From an uncultured Chlamydiales bacterium (lineage in GTDB: Bacteria > Chlamydiota > Chlamydiia > Chlamydiales > FEN-1388): a stretch of 64,000 bases of DNA. Positions 38,786-47,902 of this stretch are shown in pieces. Below the pieces are notes generated by a model that worked only from the letters and a program-made list of their open reading frames with translations, was not told the DNA's origin and searched no databases. Every line of letters starts with the position of its first letter. Within the stretch, counting starts at the first letter, position 1. The position numbers and the translations under genes were made by a program. Where the stretch lies: assembly GCA_963826935.1 (NCBI GenBank), contig CAWGYH010000005.1:704608-768607 (forward strand), given 5' to 3'.

Positions 38786-40396
38786 GGTCCGGAACTCACA
38801 TCGTTTACACTTTAGGGAAGGCACATCATTTACACTTTTTATCGGTGCCTATAGCATGATAAATTGTTTAAATATAAATAATAGTATGTTGTTTTCCCTA
38901 ATATTTCAAGTTTATATCCGGTTTCTGAGCGTTTGAGTGAAGTAGAGGAAGCAATCTGTTTTCTGTCCGGGGTTTGGGGGCAGAGCCCCCAATTAATCCC
39001 TCAGCTTACATCCGTCTAACGTCACGTATCGATCAGTTTCGGAAGCAACCTGTTTTCTGTGCCTACTATTTTATCACTGCCCGTCTATTTTTTCTATCAG
39101 TGCTTTGTTGTCCTGCTTTTTACACCTTTTTTACCGGTATTTTTCTCCTAATTCTTCCAGGCCGTCTAAGGACTTCCAACTCGTTTTTGTGTCTGATTGT
39201 CCCCAGAAATACAGGTCCAAAATACATCTTCAGCCCTTCTTCTGTTTCTAATAACCCTACTAATTCTTCAGCTAATACTCTTCCTACATATACATCACCA
39301 CCTTTCCAAGGCATCTTTCCGCAGCTCCTTACCCTCCCCACTCTAAATTCATCGGCATATTCGGGTGCCTTCAGGCACCCGTTCCAAATTCTCAAAGATG
39401 GACTGTAGATGCTTCCTGGGGTCACTTGACCTAATGTTTCATGAGGTCTTCTAAAGTTGTAATAATTCTGAAATTTAGCTAATTCCTTTTGTTGATCCAC
39501 TAAATCTAATTCAGGAAAAACACCCTCTCGCTGCAGCGTGCCATGCATTCTTTCATGTCGGCCATTTTGCTGGGGATTGCCTGGATCTATCCATTCAGGT
39601 ATTACCCCTGCCTTAATGAGGTTTATAGAAAGCCTTGAAAGCCTTCCCACACCCGATGTTGCAAAAGGGGGTCCATTATCATTTCGCATATAATCGGGTA
39701 AACCATATTCACGAAATGTTGCTTCTAGAATAGCCCAGACATGATCTCCATCATTTTTATTTAGCTTTATACAGCGCAGCAAAAAACGGCTAAAGTTGTC
39801 TACAAGCGTCAGTGGTTCACATTTATGCCCATCTTTTGTAAGCCACCAGCCTTTAAAATCCACAGACCAAACTCTATTAAATTCGGTGGCATGAGATAGT
39901 GGATCTGTTTTTACGGGAAAACGTTTCCGAAGTTTCCGAGCATGTATAAGACCGTTTCTTGCTAAGATGTGCCCTATAGTTTTGGTAGAAGGCCATATTA
40001 TTGTTGGGTTCCTGGCAACTAAATCACCCCTCAACTTTTTCGGGCCCCATTCAGGCCATTCTAATTTTAGGTTCAAGATTGCTTCTACAAGAATAGGATC
40101 GATTGCTAGCGCTTGATTTATAGGAGCTCTGCTCCTATCAGCCAACCCTTCGAACCCTTCTTTCTCATATCTTTCTACCCATTTATAACCACTTGGCCTG
40201 CTAATTCCAAATTGATTACAAAGCGTAGCCATATCTAATTTATCTTCAAGATATAGCTTAATAAATAGTTTTCTTTGTTCCAAAACCTGTACTTCCTTCC
40301 ATGCCATGAACATCCCTTTATTAAAAAAGATATTATACCAGAAAGTGTAAATGATGTGCCTTCCCTAAAGTGTAAAGGATGTGCCTACTCCGGACC
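38786..40396 (-). mobile_element. complete IS481-family insertion sequence (1611 bp)
   Basis: About 52-bp TIRs: ggtccggaactcacatcgtttacactttagggaaggcacatcatttacacttt (38786..) against the reverse complement of aaagtgtaaatgatgtgccttccctaaagtgtaaaggatgtgcctactccggacc (..40396). Flanked by AATC on both sides (38782..38785 and 40397..40400). Confidence 0.85.
39120..40313 (-). CDS. IS481-family DDE transposase (HTH plus rve integrase core)
   Basis: N-terminal HTH ATLCNQFGISRPSGYKWVERY. Integrase core WSVDFKGWW, DNGPPFAT, HERMHGTLQRE. Confidence 0.85.
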   Translation of the reverse strand: MFMAWKEVQVLEQRKLFIKLYLEDKLDMATLCNQFGISRPSGYKWVERYEKEGFEGLADRSRAPINQALAIDPILVEAILNLKLEWPEWGPKKLRGDLVARNPTIIWPSTKTIGHILARNGLIHARKLRKRFPVKTDPLSHATEFNRVWSVDFKGWWLTKDGHKCEPLTLVDNFSRFLLRCIKLNKNDGDHVWAILEATFREYGLPDYMRNDNGPPFATSGVGRLSRLSINLIKAGVIPEWIDPGNPQQNGRHERMHGTLQREGVFPELDLVDQQKELAKFQNYYNFRRPHETLGQVTPGSIYSPSLRIWNGCLKAPEYADEFRVGRVRSCGKMPWKGGDVYVGRVLAEELVGLLETEEGLKMYFGPVFLGTIRHKNELEVLRRPGRIRRKIPVKKV

Positions 40397-40472
40397 AATC
40401 TAAAGCGGCGAAGAATCGCCGCACTCCAAAGACCTGCGGTCGAAGAAAACGTATTTTTTCACAGCCTCTCTG
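40397..40472. repeat. palindromic repeat family B, copy C right part
   Basis: aatctaaagcggcgaagaatcgccgcactccaaagacctgcggtcgaagaaaacgtattttttcacagcctc matches 47741..47795 of copy A. Confidence 0.65.
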
Positions 40473-40606
40473 GAGCATCCAGGTGACAAAAGTCACTATT
40501 ATCATAAAGTAACATGAGCTTAGAAATAGGCTCTTCAAAAAAAATGAGCGAACCTCGATTATAGTTGTGTATCGTTCAAAAAACACACTAAAAAAAAGGT
40601 TCACTC

Positions 40607-41995
40607 ATGTCTAAGAATACTAACAAAAAACATTCTCATAAACCAAAAAATGCACTGGGCTATATTGATCCAACTGTTGCTGGGATCGATATTGGGGCAA
40701 ATTTAATTCATGTTGCAGTTCCTAATGATAACCATGGCGCTACTGTACTTGAATTTGGATCTACTACACCAGAGCTTCATAAGATTGTTAACGTACTCAA
40801 AAAAGCCGGTGTCATCACGGCAGTGATGGAAGCTACGGGAGTTTACTGGATTCCGCTTTATGAAATTTTGGAACAATCAGGCTTAATTGCAGTTTTAGTG
40901 GATGCTAAAAGCTGCAAAACTCCACCAGGGAGGAAAACAGATGTTCTAGATTGTCAATGGATCCAAACACTCTTCTCAAATGGGCTTTTAACTCCAGCAT
41001 TCCGTCCACCTAGAAATCGTATTAAACTTAGGTCATATGTACGTCAACGTCGAAGTAGCATTAAAACAAGGCAATATTCTCTTCATCATATGGAGAAAGC
41101 ATTGCAGTTGTTAAACATTAAGTTAAGCGATGTTCTAGGTGAAATCGGGGGTGTTTCTGGTATGAATATTATGAGAGCGATTGCTGCAGGAGAACAGAAT
41201 CCTAAAAAGTTGGCAGCTCTTCGTAATAAACGGGTAAAACAATCACAAGAGGCGTTTGAAGATGCTCTTACGGGCAACTTTCAAGAAGAGCATGTATTTT
41301 CACTTGGTCAAGCTTTAGATCTTTACGATTTTGCAAACAAGCAACTAGAAGAATGTGATAAGAAAATCGTAGCGGAGCTTGAAACACTTCCAGATGCAAC
41401 TAATACACCCCCACCTAAGCGTGATAAAGATAAGAAAAAGGACGGAAAATATACTGCAGCTGCAAAACCTAAGAAAAATGATCTTTCTTTTGATGCTAGA
41501 GCATTACTTTGGAGAAAGTCTGGAAGAGATTTCACCGCTTTGCCTGGGATACAAGCAAGTACAGCTTTAGTTATCTTTTCAGAACTTGGGGGAGCAGAAG
41601 TAAGCTCCTGGAATAGCGTAAAACGATTTAGCTCTTGGTTAAAAACTTGTCCCGGAAATAATGTTTCGGGAGGGAAAAGTCGCAAAAGCAAACATCAACC
41701 TTGTGCAAACCCCATTACGCAAGCGCTGCGCATGGCAGCGCTATCTGCAAAAAAGTCTACATCTATCGTCGGAGCACGCATAAGAAGCATCAGTGGTCGT
41801 GCAGACAAACGTGTGGGCATTAAAGCGGGAGCACATCAACTAAGCCGTATGATTTATCATATGTGTAAAGAAGGCTGGGAATATCATGAGAAGGGTGAAA
41901 AAGCATACGAAAAGGCATGCGAAGAAAAAAGTTTCAGAAAATTACTAAAAAAAGCCAAGGAATTTGGTTTCGAGTTAGTTCCATCTAAAAAATAA
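40607..41995 (+). CDS. IS110-family (DEDD) transposase/recombinase
   Basis: VAGIDIGANLIHVAV N-terminus, GVYWIPLYE, and the C-terminal LTALPGIQASTALVIFSELGG motif. Element ends are not determinable from one copy. Confidence 0.85.
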   Translation: MSKNTNKKHSHKPKNALGYIDPTVAGIDIGANLIHVAVPNDNHGATVLEFGSTTPELHKIVNVLKKAGVITAVMEATGVYWIPLYEILEQSGLIAVLVDAKSCKTPPGRKTDVLDCQWIQTLFSNGLLTPAFRPPRNRIKLRSYVRQRRSSIKTRQYSLHHMEKALQLLNIKLSDVLGEIGGVSGMNIMRAIAAGEQNPKKLAALRNKRVKQSQEAFEDALTGNFQEEHVFSLGQALDLYDFANKQLEECDKKIVAELETLPDATNTPPPKRDKDKKKDGKYTAAAKPKKNDLSFDARALLWRKSGRDFTALPGIQASTALVIFSELGGAEVSSWNSVKRFSSWLKTCPGNNVSGGKSRKSKHQPCANPITQALRMAALSAKKSTSIVGARIRSISGRADKRVGIKAGAHQLSRMIYHMCKEGWEYHEKGEKAYEKACEEKSFRKLLKKAKEFGFELVPSKK

Positions 41996-42519
41996 ACACA
42001 AAAAGCTATCTATACTTAGAGGGCACGTCAAGTCTAATTAAAATTTTTGATGGAACAAATTGGCCGTACGCACATTGGTGCTTCAAGCCCGCACTGGAGC
42101 CTGGTCGGAATGAGTCATGATAATATCACTGGGAAGTTTAACTATCCCGTTCGGAAGATTACACGATAATAGCACTCTTTCCTTCATCATTTTTTGAGAT
42201 TAAGACTACTAAGCCTAAAAATACAAAGGAGAGAGTATGAGTGATCCACCATAATCAAGAATACATGATGCTTGAGAGGAAAGTAGTTACTCAGAAGTGC
42301 GGGGCTAGCTTGCACCGCTCTCAATTTTCGTACACTTTTACTGTAACAGCGTCTAAGCAAAAAAGCTCGATAAAGCGATTAAAAGAAATAACTGCGACAG
42401 TTTCACGGTCATTATAAAAAAAATTACCTTCAATTGACAAAAACTAGCGATAATAGTATTATTTTGATATGTTGCCAACTATTTATTCTACTTGCAGCAA
42501 TTATCACCTCCAGCAGGTC

Positions 42520-45500
42520 ATGCGCATGTCCTCAGCGGAAGCTCTCATCAGTGCGATAGATGAAGACAATCTTCCTGATATTCAAAAAGTTTCTATAAAT
42601 AAAAAAAGTGGTACAGTGCGTAGATAAAAACGGCTTGGCGCCAGTACACTTGGCTACTTACATAGGCAATGAGGGCGTTATCGAAGCATGGTTAAATGAA
42701 ATGCAGCGGCTGGGCTTTTGCGCTAATAGTGAAAATGATTCAAAAGCACCTCCTCTTGTTTTTGCTGTTGCAGCATCTTCTAAAGCTACAGTTGTGAGAC
42801 TGCTTGCAGCAGGGGCAGACCCTGCATGCGTTGATATCGATGGCTGTTCAGCGTTACATAAAGCGGCTGCTCAAAATGATTGTTCTATTGTTGAAGTGTT
42901 AACAGAAGCAATGCGGCATAAAGGAATTTCTGTAGATACCAAAAATAAAAATGGCCAGACAGCACTTTTTATGGCATCGGCAAAGAGCTCGACTGAGTCT
43001 GTAGAAAACTTGCTGCAAACGGGGGCCTACGTAGGACATGTTGATAATATGGGCGCGTCAGCTCTCTTTAATGCAGCACTTTACGGCAGGTTGAATGTTC
43101 TTAAACTTTTAATTCCAGCAGCCCGACGGCAAGGAGTCTCTCTTGACATCGAAGATAGCGACGGTACAACTCCATTTTTAATTGCTGCAGAGAAAGCAGA
43201 TGCGTCTGTAGTTGAACTTTTGCTTCAGGAGGGGGCTTCACCTACTCATGTAGATAGAAATAAAAGATCGGCGCTTCACTATGCAGCTTTGAACCGTGAA
43301 ATCCAAGGTCATTACACTAGTGATCGAGGCCATGCGTCAGAAAGGGGTTAGGATGATTGACGGTCTTGATAAATGGAACCAAACGCCGCTTATATGTGCG
43401 GTAAGATGCGATAATAAAAAGGCTGTCACTAAGCTCCTAGCTGCAGGGGCAAATATCGATCACGTTGGTTCTAATGGCCTTTCAGCACTTCACATAGCCA
43501 CCTGGCATGACGCAGCGTGGGTGGTTGACTCTTTAATTAAACATAATGCTTGTTCAACACTTCTTACACCCTCTGGTGATACAGCGCTTCGGCTTGCTAG
43601 ACAACGAGGGCATAAATACTCAGCGCTGAAAAAAAATGCCAGGGTAGTCGAATATTCGAGGGAATTACGCCAAAGAAAACTTATTGCACATATCAGCGGT
43701 GTAGCAGGGACCACTACGCTTGCTCACCCAGATAGAGATCAAGCCGCAGCCGTTACTGTATCAGTTAACGGCTGTTATCACAAAGAGACTTGGCACATAA
43801 TAAATAAAAGAATTAAACTGTTTTTCCAAAAAGATAGTATAATACCAGCAGCATGTAAAGGCGCCGCGAAAGACTATTATAATTCAAGCACATTAGTTCG
43901 TCGGTATCTGCAAGAAGATATGCCAATAATTGTTAATACAGGATATAGCGGCCGTTATATATCAGCTATTTTGTGGAGAACATATTTTATTCTCTGTGAT
44001 CGAAACTATGAAGGAAATTCCTGTCAGGTTCTGCAGCTTAATCCTCAAGATGTTGATGAATACTTTATCATGAAGTTACGTACGCTGGAAAAAAATTCAC
44101 GTGAAGAGTACATCGATTTTATTCACAAGACATTTCCTTCACACCACATCCCTCACCCCGTAGATAGCGAAGAAGCACTTCTCGAGCGATTCCTCCTCTT
44201 ACCTGTTGATCAGCACGGGACAAATACTGAACTTGCTGTATATGCACTTTTAGTTATTGAAGAAATAATGAAGTGCCCAAAGGGCATTTTTCCAACTGTC
44301 GAAGAGTTAGCGCATATAGCAAATATGCAGCGACAGGTTTTTGAAAATTGGCAGGCTTTTATGCTTGAAACGCAGATTGAGCGATACGTACGAAATCGAA
44401 ATCATAAGAGTACAGCGGCTGATCAATACCCACATGATTGGGAGCTACTTGAGCGCGTTAAGCAAGTGGCACCGAAAGCTGTTGCTGATAAAATCGATCA
44501 ATTACGCGCAAGAGCCAATGATGAACTTGTTGCAGTTGAAGTCAACAAGGCTATTCGCTTTTATCAACATGATCGCGCTTTGCAACTGCTCTCAGGCAGA
44601 GTTGCTCTTGATTATGTTGATGCTGATGGCAACACTGTACTTCATAACGCAGTATATGGCGGCAATAAGAAAATTGTGAAAGCTACAATTGCTAGTATGC
44701 AACGTACAGGCATATCTTTAGATATTCCAAATAAAAATGGTGACGGCCCCCTCATAGTCGCCTCAAATAGAGGCCACCACCGTATCGCTAAAGCGTTAGT
44801 CAAGGCTGGTGTTGATATGAGTCATTTGTCATATAACGGATGTTCTGCTCTCTATGATGCAGCTCACAATGGCCATGCGCGTGTTATTGAGGTGTTAGCC
44901 CCAGCCATGCTCCTGAAAGGTCTCTCTCTTGATGACGATCATTGCCTTATAATTGCTTCCCAAAAAGGCCATCTAGCTGCTGTAAGAGCGCTCCTAGCAG
45001 AAGGTGCAGCTGTTGATCATCTTAATGAGGCGGGAGGCTGGCCTGCGCTTTTTTACGCAGCCGAACACAACCGAAACGAAGTAGCAAAGCTGTTGATTAG
45101 CGTGGGAGCAAAAGTTGCACGTGTCGATGATAAAGGATATACAGCACTATTAGTGTCTCGTAAAAAAGGGTATAAAGAATTATATACGTGGATGAAAAAA
45201 CAGGATGAGCGGGTGTATGAGTACTCACGTGAGCTACGTCAGAGAAAACTCCTTGCCCATATGCTTTCTATAAATGAAAAAACAAGGCTCCTTCATCCCG
45301 ATAAAAATGCACAGCAGCACGTTGATGTGAATCTTAAGGGTTGGAACTGTAATGATATCTGGAAAATTATTTCCAAAAGAGGTCAAAGCTTTTTCAAAGA
45401 CCATTCAGTAATAAAACGTGCATGCCAGCTCGTAGCAGATGACGCTTCATCATATAAATTAGCCTTCGCCTATCGGCTTAACCAACCCATAATTATTAAT

Positions 45501-46136
45501 ATCGGCTATATTCGCCATCATGTTGCAGCTATTTTATGGGGGCCCTATTTCATTATATGCAATAGAGGCAATGCTAGTCATAGAGCCTCGTGCGAAGTGC
45601 TCCCACTTAACTCTAAAAAAGTTGATCCCTACTTTATTGCAGAACTCCGTAATTTAGAGAATAAAACAGCTGAAGAATACGAGAAGTATCTGAACGAGAA
45701 ATTTCCTGAGCGTTTATCTGCCGCGCCCCAGGGCAGTGCGAGGGCTCTTTTAGAACACTATCTTTCATTGTCTATGCAAGAGATGGGCAACTGTGCTTGG
45801 GCAAATTCCGAGGCAGCTATTTATGCACTTTTATTTCTCATTGAATTTATGCGCTACCCAACTGATCAGCTTCCAACGCAAGATAAATTAGAACAGATTG
45901 CCCTAATGCAAAAACAGATCTTCGCAAGCTTTCGAGAATTCATGATAGATACCCAAGTTGAACGCTATTTACGAGGTCCGAAAACCGACACTTCAGCATC
46001 GTATCTGTATCCGCGCGATTGGGACCTTCTTAATCATGTTAAAGCAAAAGCTCCGGCTTTTGTTGCCGCAAAGATTGATCAATTCAACGTCGCTGCTCGC
46101 GATATGATGAAAGCCTTAGAACTCATTAAAAAGTAA
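42520..46136 (+). pseudogene. large ankyrin-repeat protein gene broken by two frameshifts
   Basis: Three colinear ORF pieces: 42520..42627 (MRMSSAEALISAIDEDNLPDIQKVSINKK), 42608..43351 and 43296..46136. The first shift is in the A7 run 42601..42607; one fewer A gives NKKVVQCVDKNGLAPVHLA. The second shift is near 43292..43300 (LHYAALN / KSKVITLVIEAMRQKG). ANK repeats run throughout (G.T/SALH.AA..G...VV..LL..GA). Confidence 0.7.
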
Positions 46137-46220
46137 AATTGGGCTAAAAAAGCGGCGTCAGGCATAAATATTGGGTTCCTTTTAGTTGACTAAAATATAG
46201 ATTATATAGTAAAATAACTC

Positions 46221-46474
46221 ATAAAAATTCGAGAGCGAGAAGTTACGAGATTAATTTGCGAGATACTGCTGTCCGAGGAACAGGTAGCACCACCCTGGTT
46301 TTTGGGCAAAGATGTACACCCTGTGGCTCGCTCGCTTATTTCCTATGTCGATTGGCAGCAGAGGGAACCTAAATTATTTTTGCTCAATCGAGGAGACGCA
46401 CGAAATAAACCTCAACCGGGCAAGCCCGATCACGCGTCAGTCGTTGTAGCTGACTTTACAGACTCAGGCTAAAC
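46221..46474 (+). pseudogene. 254-bp duplicate of the 3' end of the PP2C gene (fragment)
   Basis: Aligns base-for-base with 38318..38571, including the stop codon, with about ten substitutions. No upstream coding continuation. Confidence 0.85.
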
Positions 46475-46724
46475 AAGCATACGCATTTAAAATTAAAAAA
46501 TAACAGGATCACCAGGATCGCCTACGGCGGCAGGATAGAAAACAGCGGGAGGTGCAACGCTTTCTTTCGTGACAAATATCAGTTCCGGAGAGGCTGTGAA
46601 AATTGCTATTGAGGCTGGCCCTTTCGATCTTTCGATTCTTGGTGTTATTGTTATGAGCTAAGTTTCAAATCCAGGTTTTAGCTAAATCAGCACGAAATCA
46701 ACGCAATGTTACCGAGCACGCGTG

Positions 46725-46787
46725 GGAAAAACAAGCCCCCCAACCTATTTTCTCCCGGGAAAAATAGGTTGGGGGGCTTGTTTTTCC
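46725..46787. repeat. near-perfect 63-bp palindrome / long hairpin
   Basis: ggaaaaacaagccccccaacctattttctccc|gggaaaaataggttggggggcttgtttttcc. One bulged C, centred on CCCGGG. Confidence 0.8.
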
Positions 46788-46953
46788 TATACCTAAGAAA
46801 AACACTCCTATTGTATAAAAATAGGTGCATTGAGCAAATCTGAGCTTGAAGGCGCCCAGCAATGTGTGTAAATAGGTTCCATTAACTATCGCCTTCGAGG
46901 GTATAGTGAAAGGGGAAATGGAGACCCTGGACTGATGCTTACTGCCGACTTTT

Positions 46954-47439
46954 TTGACAATGGCTACTAGTGTGAGTAATAATTTTTCTAGACCAGACTA
47001 TACAATAGTTTCTCCAAAAGAGCTTGTATTTGCCGTAAAATCTGGAAATTGTGCAGCAGTAAAAGAAGGCCAATCGCGCTTTAATTTGCTATTCACTAAA
47101 AACGGAGGAAGTATGACACCAACAAATTGCGAAACTCAAAAGTTTCAATGGGGAGGTATCGAGCGCCAAAGAGAAAGAGCTGAAAAAGCCAAAAAAGAAA
47201 ATTCAAGCATAACTCCGTTATATAGAGCTTTTCAAGTTTTAGATGTAAACGCAGCTAAAGAAAATAAATCAGACGCTGCTACTAAAATAACTTTGTTTCA
47301 TCGTAGCGGCGTAGTTTACCAGAAATCAGTACTCGAGTTAGCTCGCGATGAGTTAGGAGATATCACATGGGGGACTGATCGCGCAGAAAAACTTAATCAA
47401 ATCGTTTCTATACTGACTGTGTCAAAAAAAATCGAGTGA
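46954..47439 (+). CDS. hypothetical protein
   Basis: 161-aa ORF (TTG start in the track; ATG 3 codons in). No recognisable motif. Confidence 0.4.
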   Translation: MTMATSVSNNFSRPDYTIVSPKELVFAVKSGNCAAVKEGQSRFNLLFTKNGGSMTPTNCETQKFQWGGIERQRERAEKAKKENSSITPLYRAFQVLDVNAAKENKSDAATKITLFHRSGVVYQKSVLELARDELGDITWGTDRAEKLNQIVSILTVSKKIE

Positions 47440-47472
47440 TCGGGGCCGGCCTGGGGTGAAACGAATGGGTGA

Positions 47473-47828
47473 TTTTCGAAGAAAACGTTGTCGAATCCTT
47501 CCCCCTAAATTTTGCTCCATTTGCTGAGGTGGTCCTACGTAGAGGATGTGAAAAAATACGTTTTCTTCGACCGCAGGTCTTTGGAGTGCGGCGATGCTTC
47601 GCCGCTTTTACTTACGACCACACACCTTTACTTCCTTACCGCCCAAGCGTACAAAACAGTTCTACATAAATCTGTAGAGGTGCTTTGTGAGGCTTAAGCG
47701 ATCTCGCGATTAAGGTGTGTGCAGAACTTAAAGCGGCGAAGAATCGCCGCACTCCAAAGACCTACAGTCGAAAAAAACGTATTTTTTCACAACCTCGTAG
47801 TAGGACCACCTCGGCAAATGGAGCAAAA
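47473..47828. repeat. palindromic repeat family B, intact copy A
   Basis: About 100-bp inverted arms: ttttgctccatttgctgaggtggtcctacgtagaggatgtgaaaaaatacgttttcttcgaccgcaggtctttggagtgcggcg pairs with cgccgcactccaaagacctacagtcgaaaaaaacgtattttttcacaacctcgtagtaggaccacctcggcaaatggagcaaaa. The structured core contains further inner inverted repeats. Confidence 0.75.
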
Positions 47829-47902
47829 GTCAGTTACTCCGGTCATAATATCTCCCTTTAGCACTTCCTATAATAAGTAAAACTTTAATTGATTGTAAAG
47901 TT

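Noticed and set aside
38974-39408. 144-aa plus-strand ORF inside the IS481 element
   Set aside because: It is antisense to the well-supported transposase gene, and its composition is low-complexity and Pro/Ser/Phe-rich.
47469-47697. ORFs 47469..47669, 47512..47697 and 40365..40604 share the peptide RGCEKIRFLRPQVFGVRR
   Set aside because: They lie entirely inside copies of palindromic repeat family B. The shared peptide reflects the DNA repeat, and the ORFs have mirror-image partners on the other strand.
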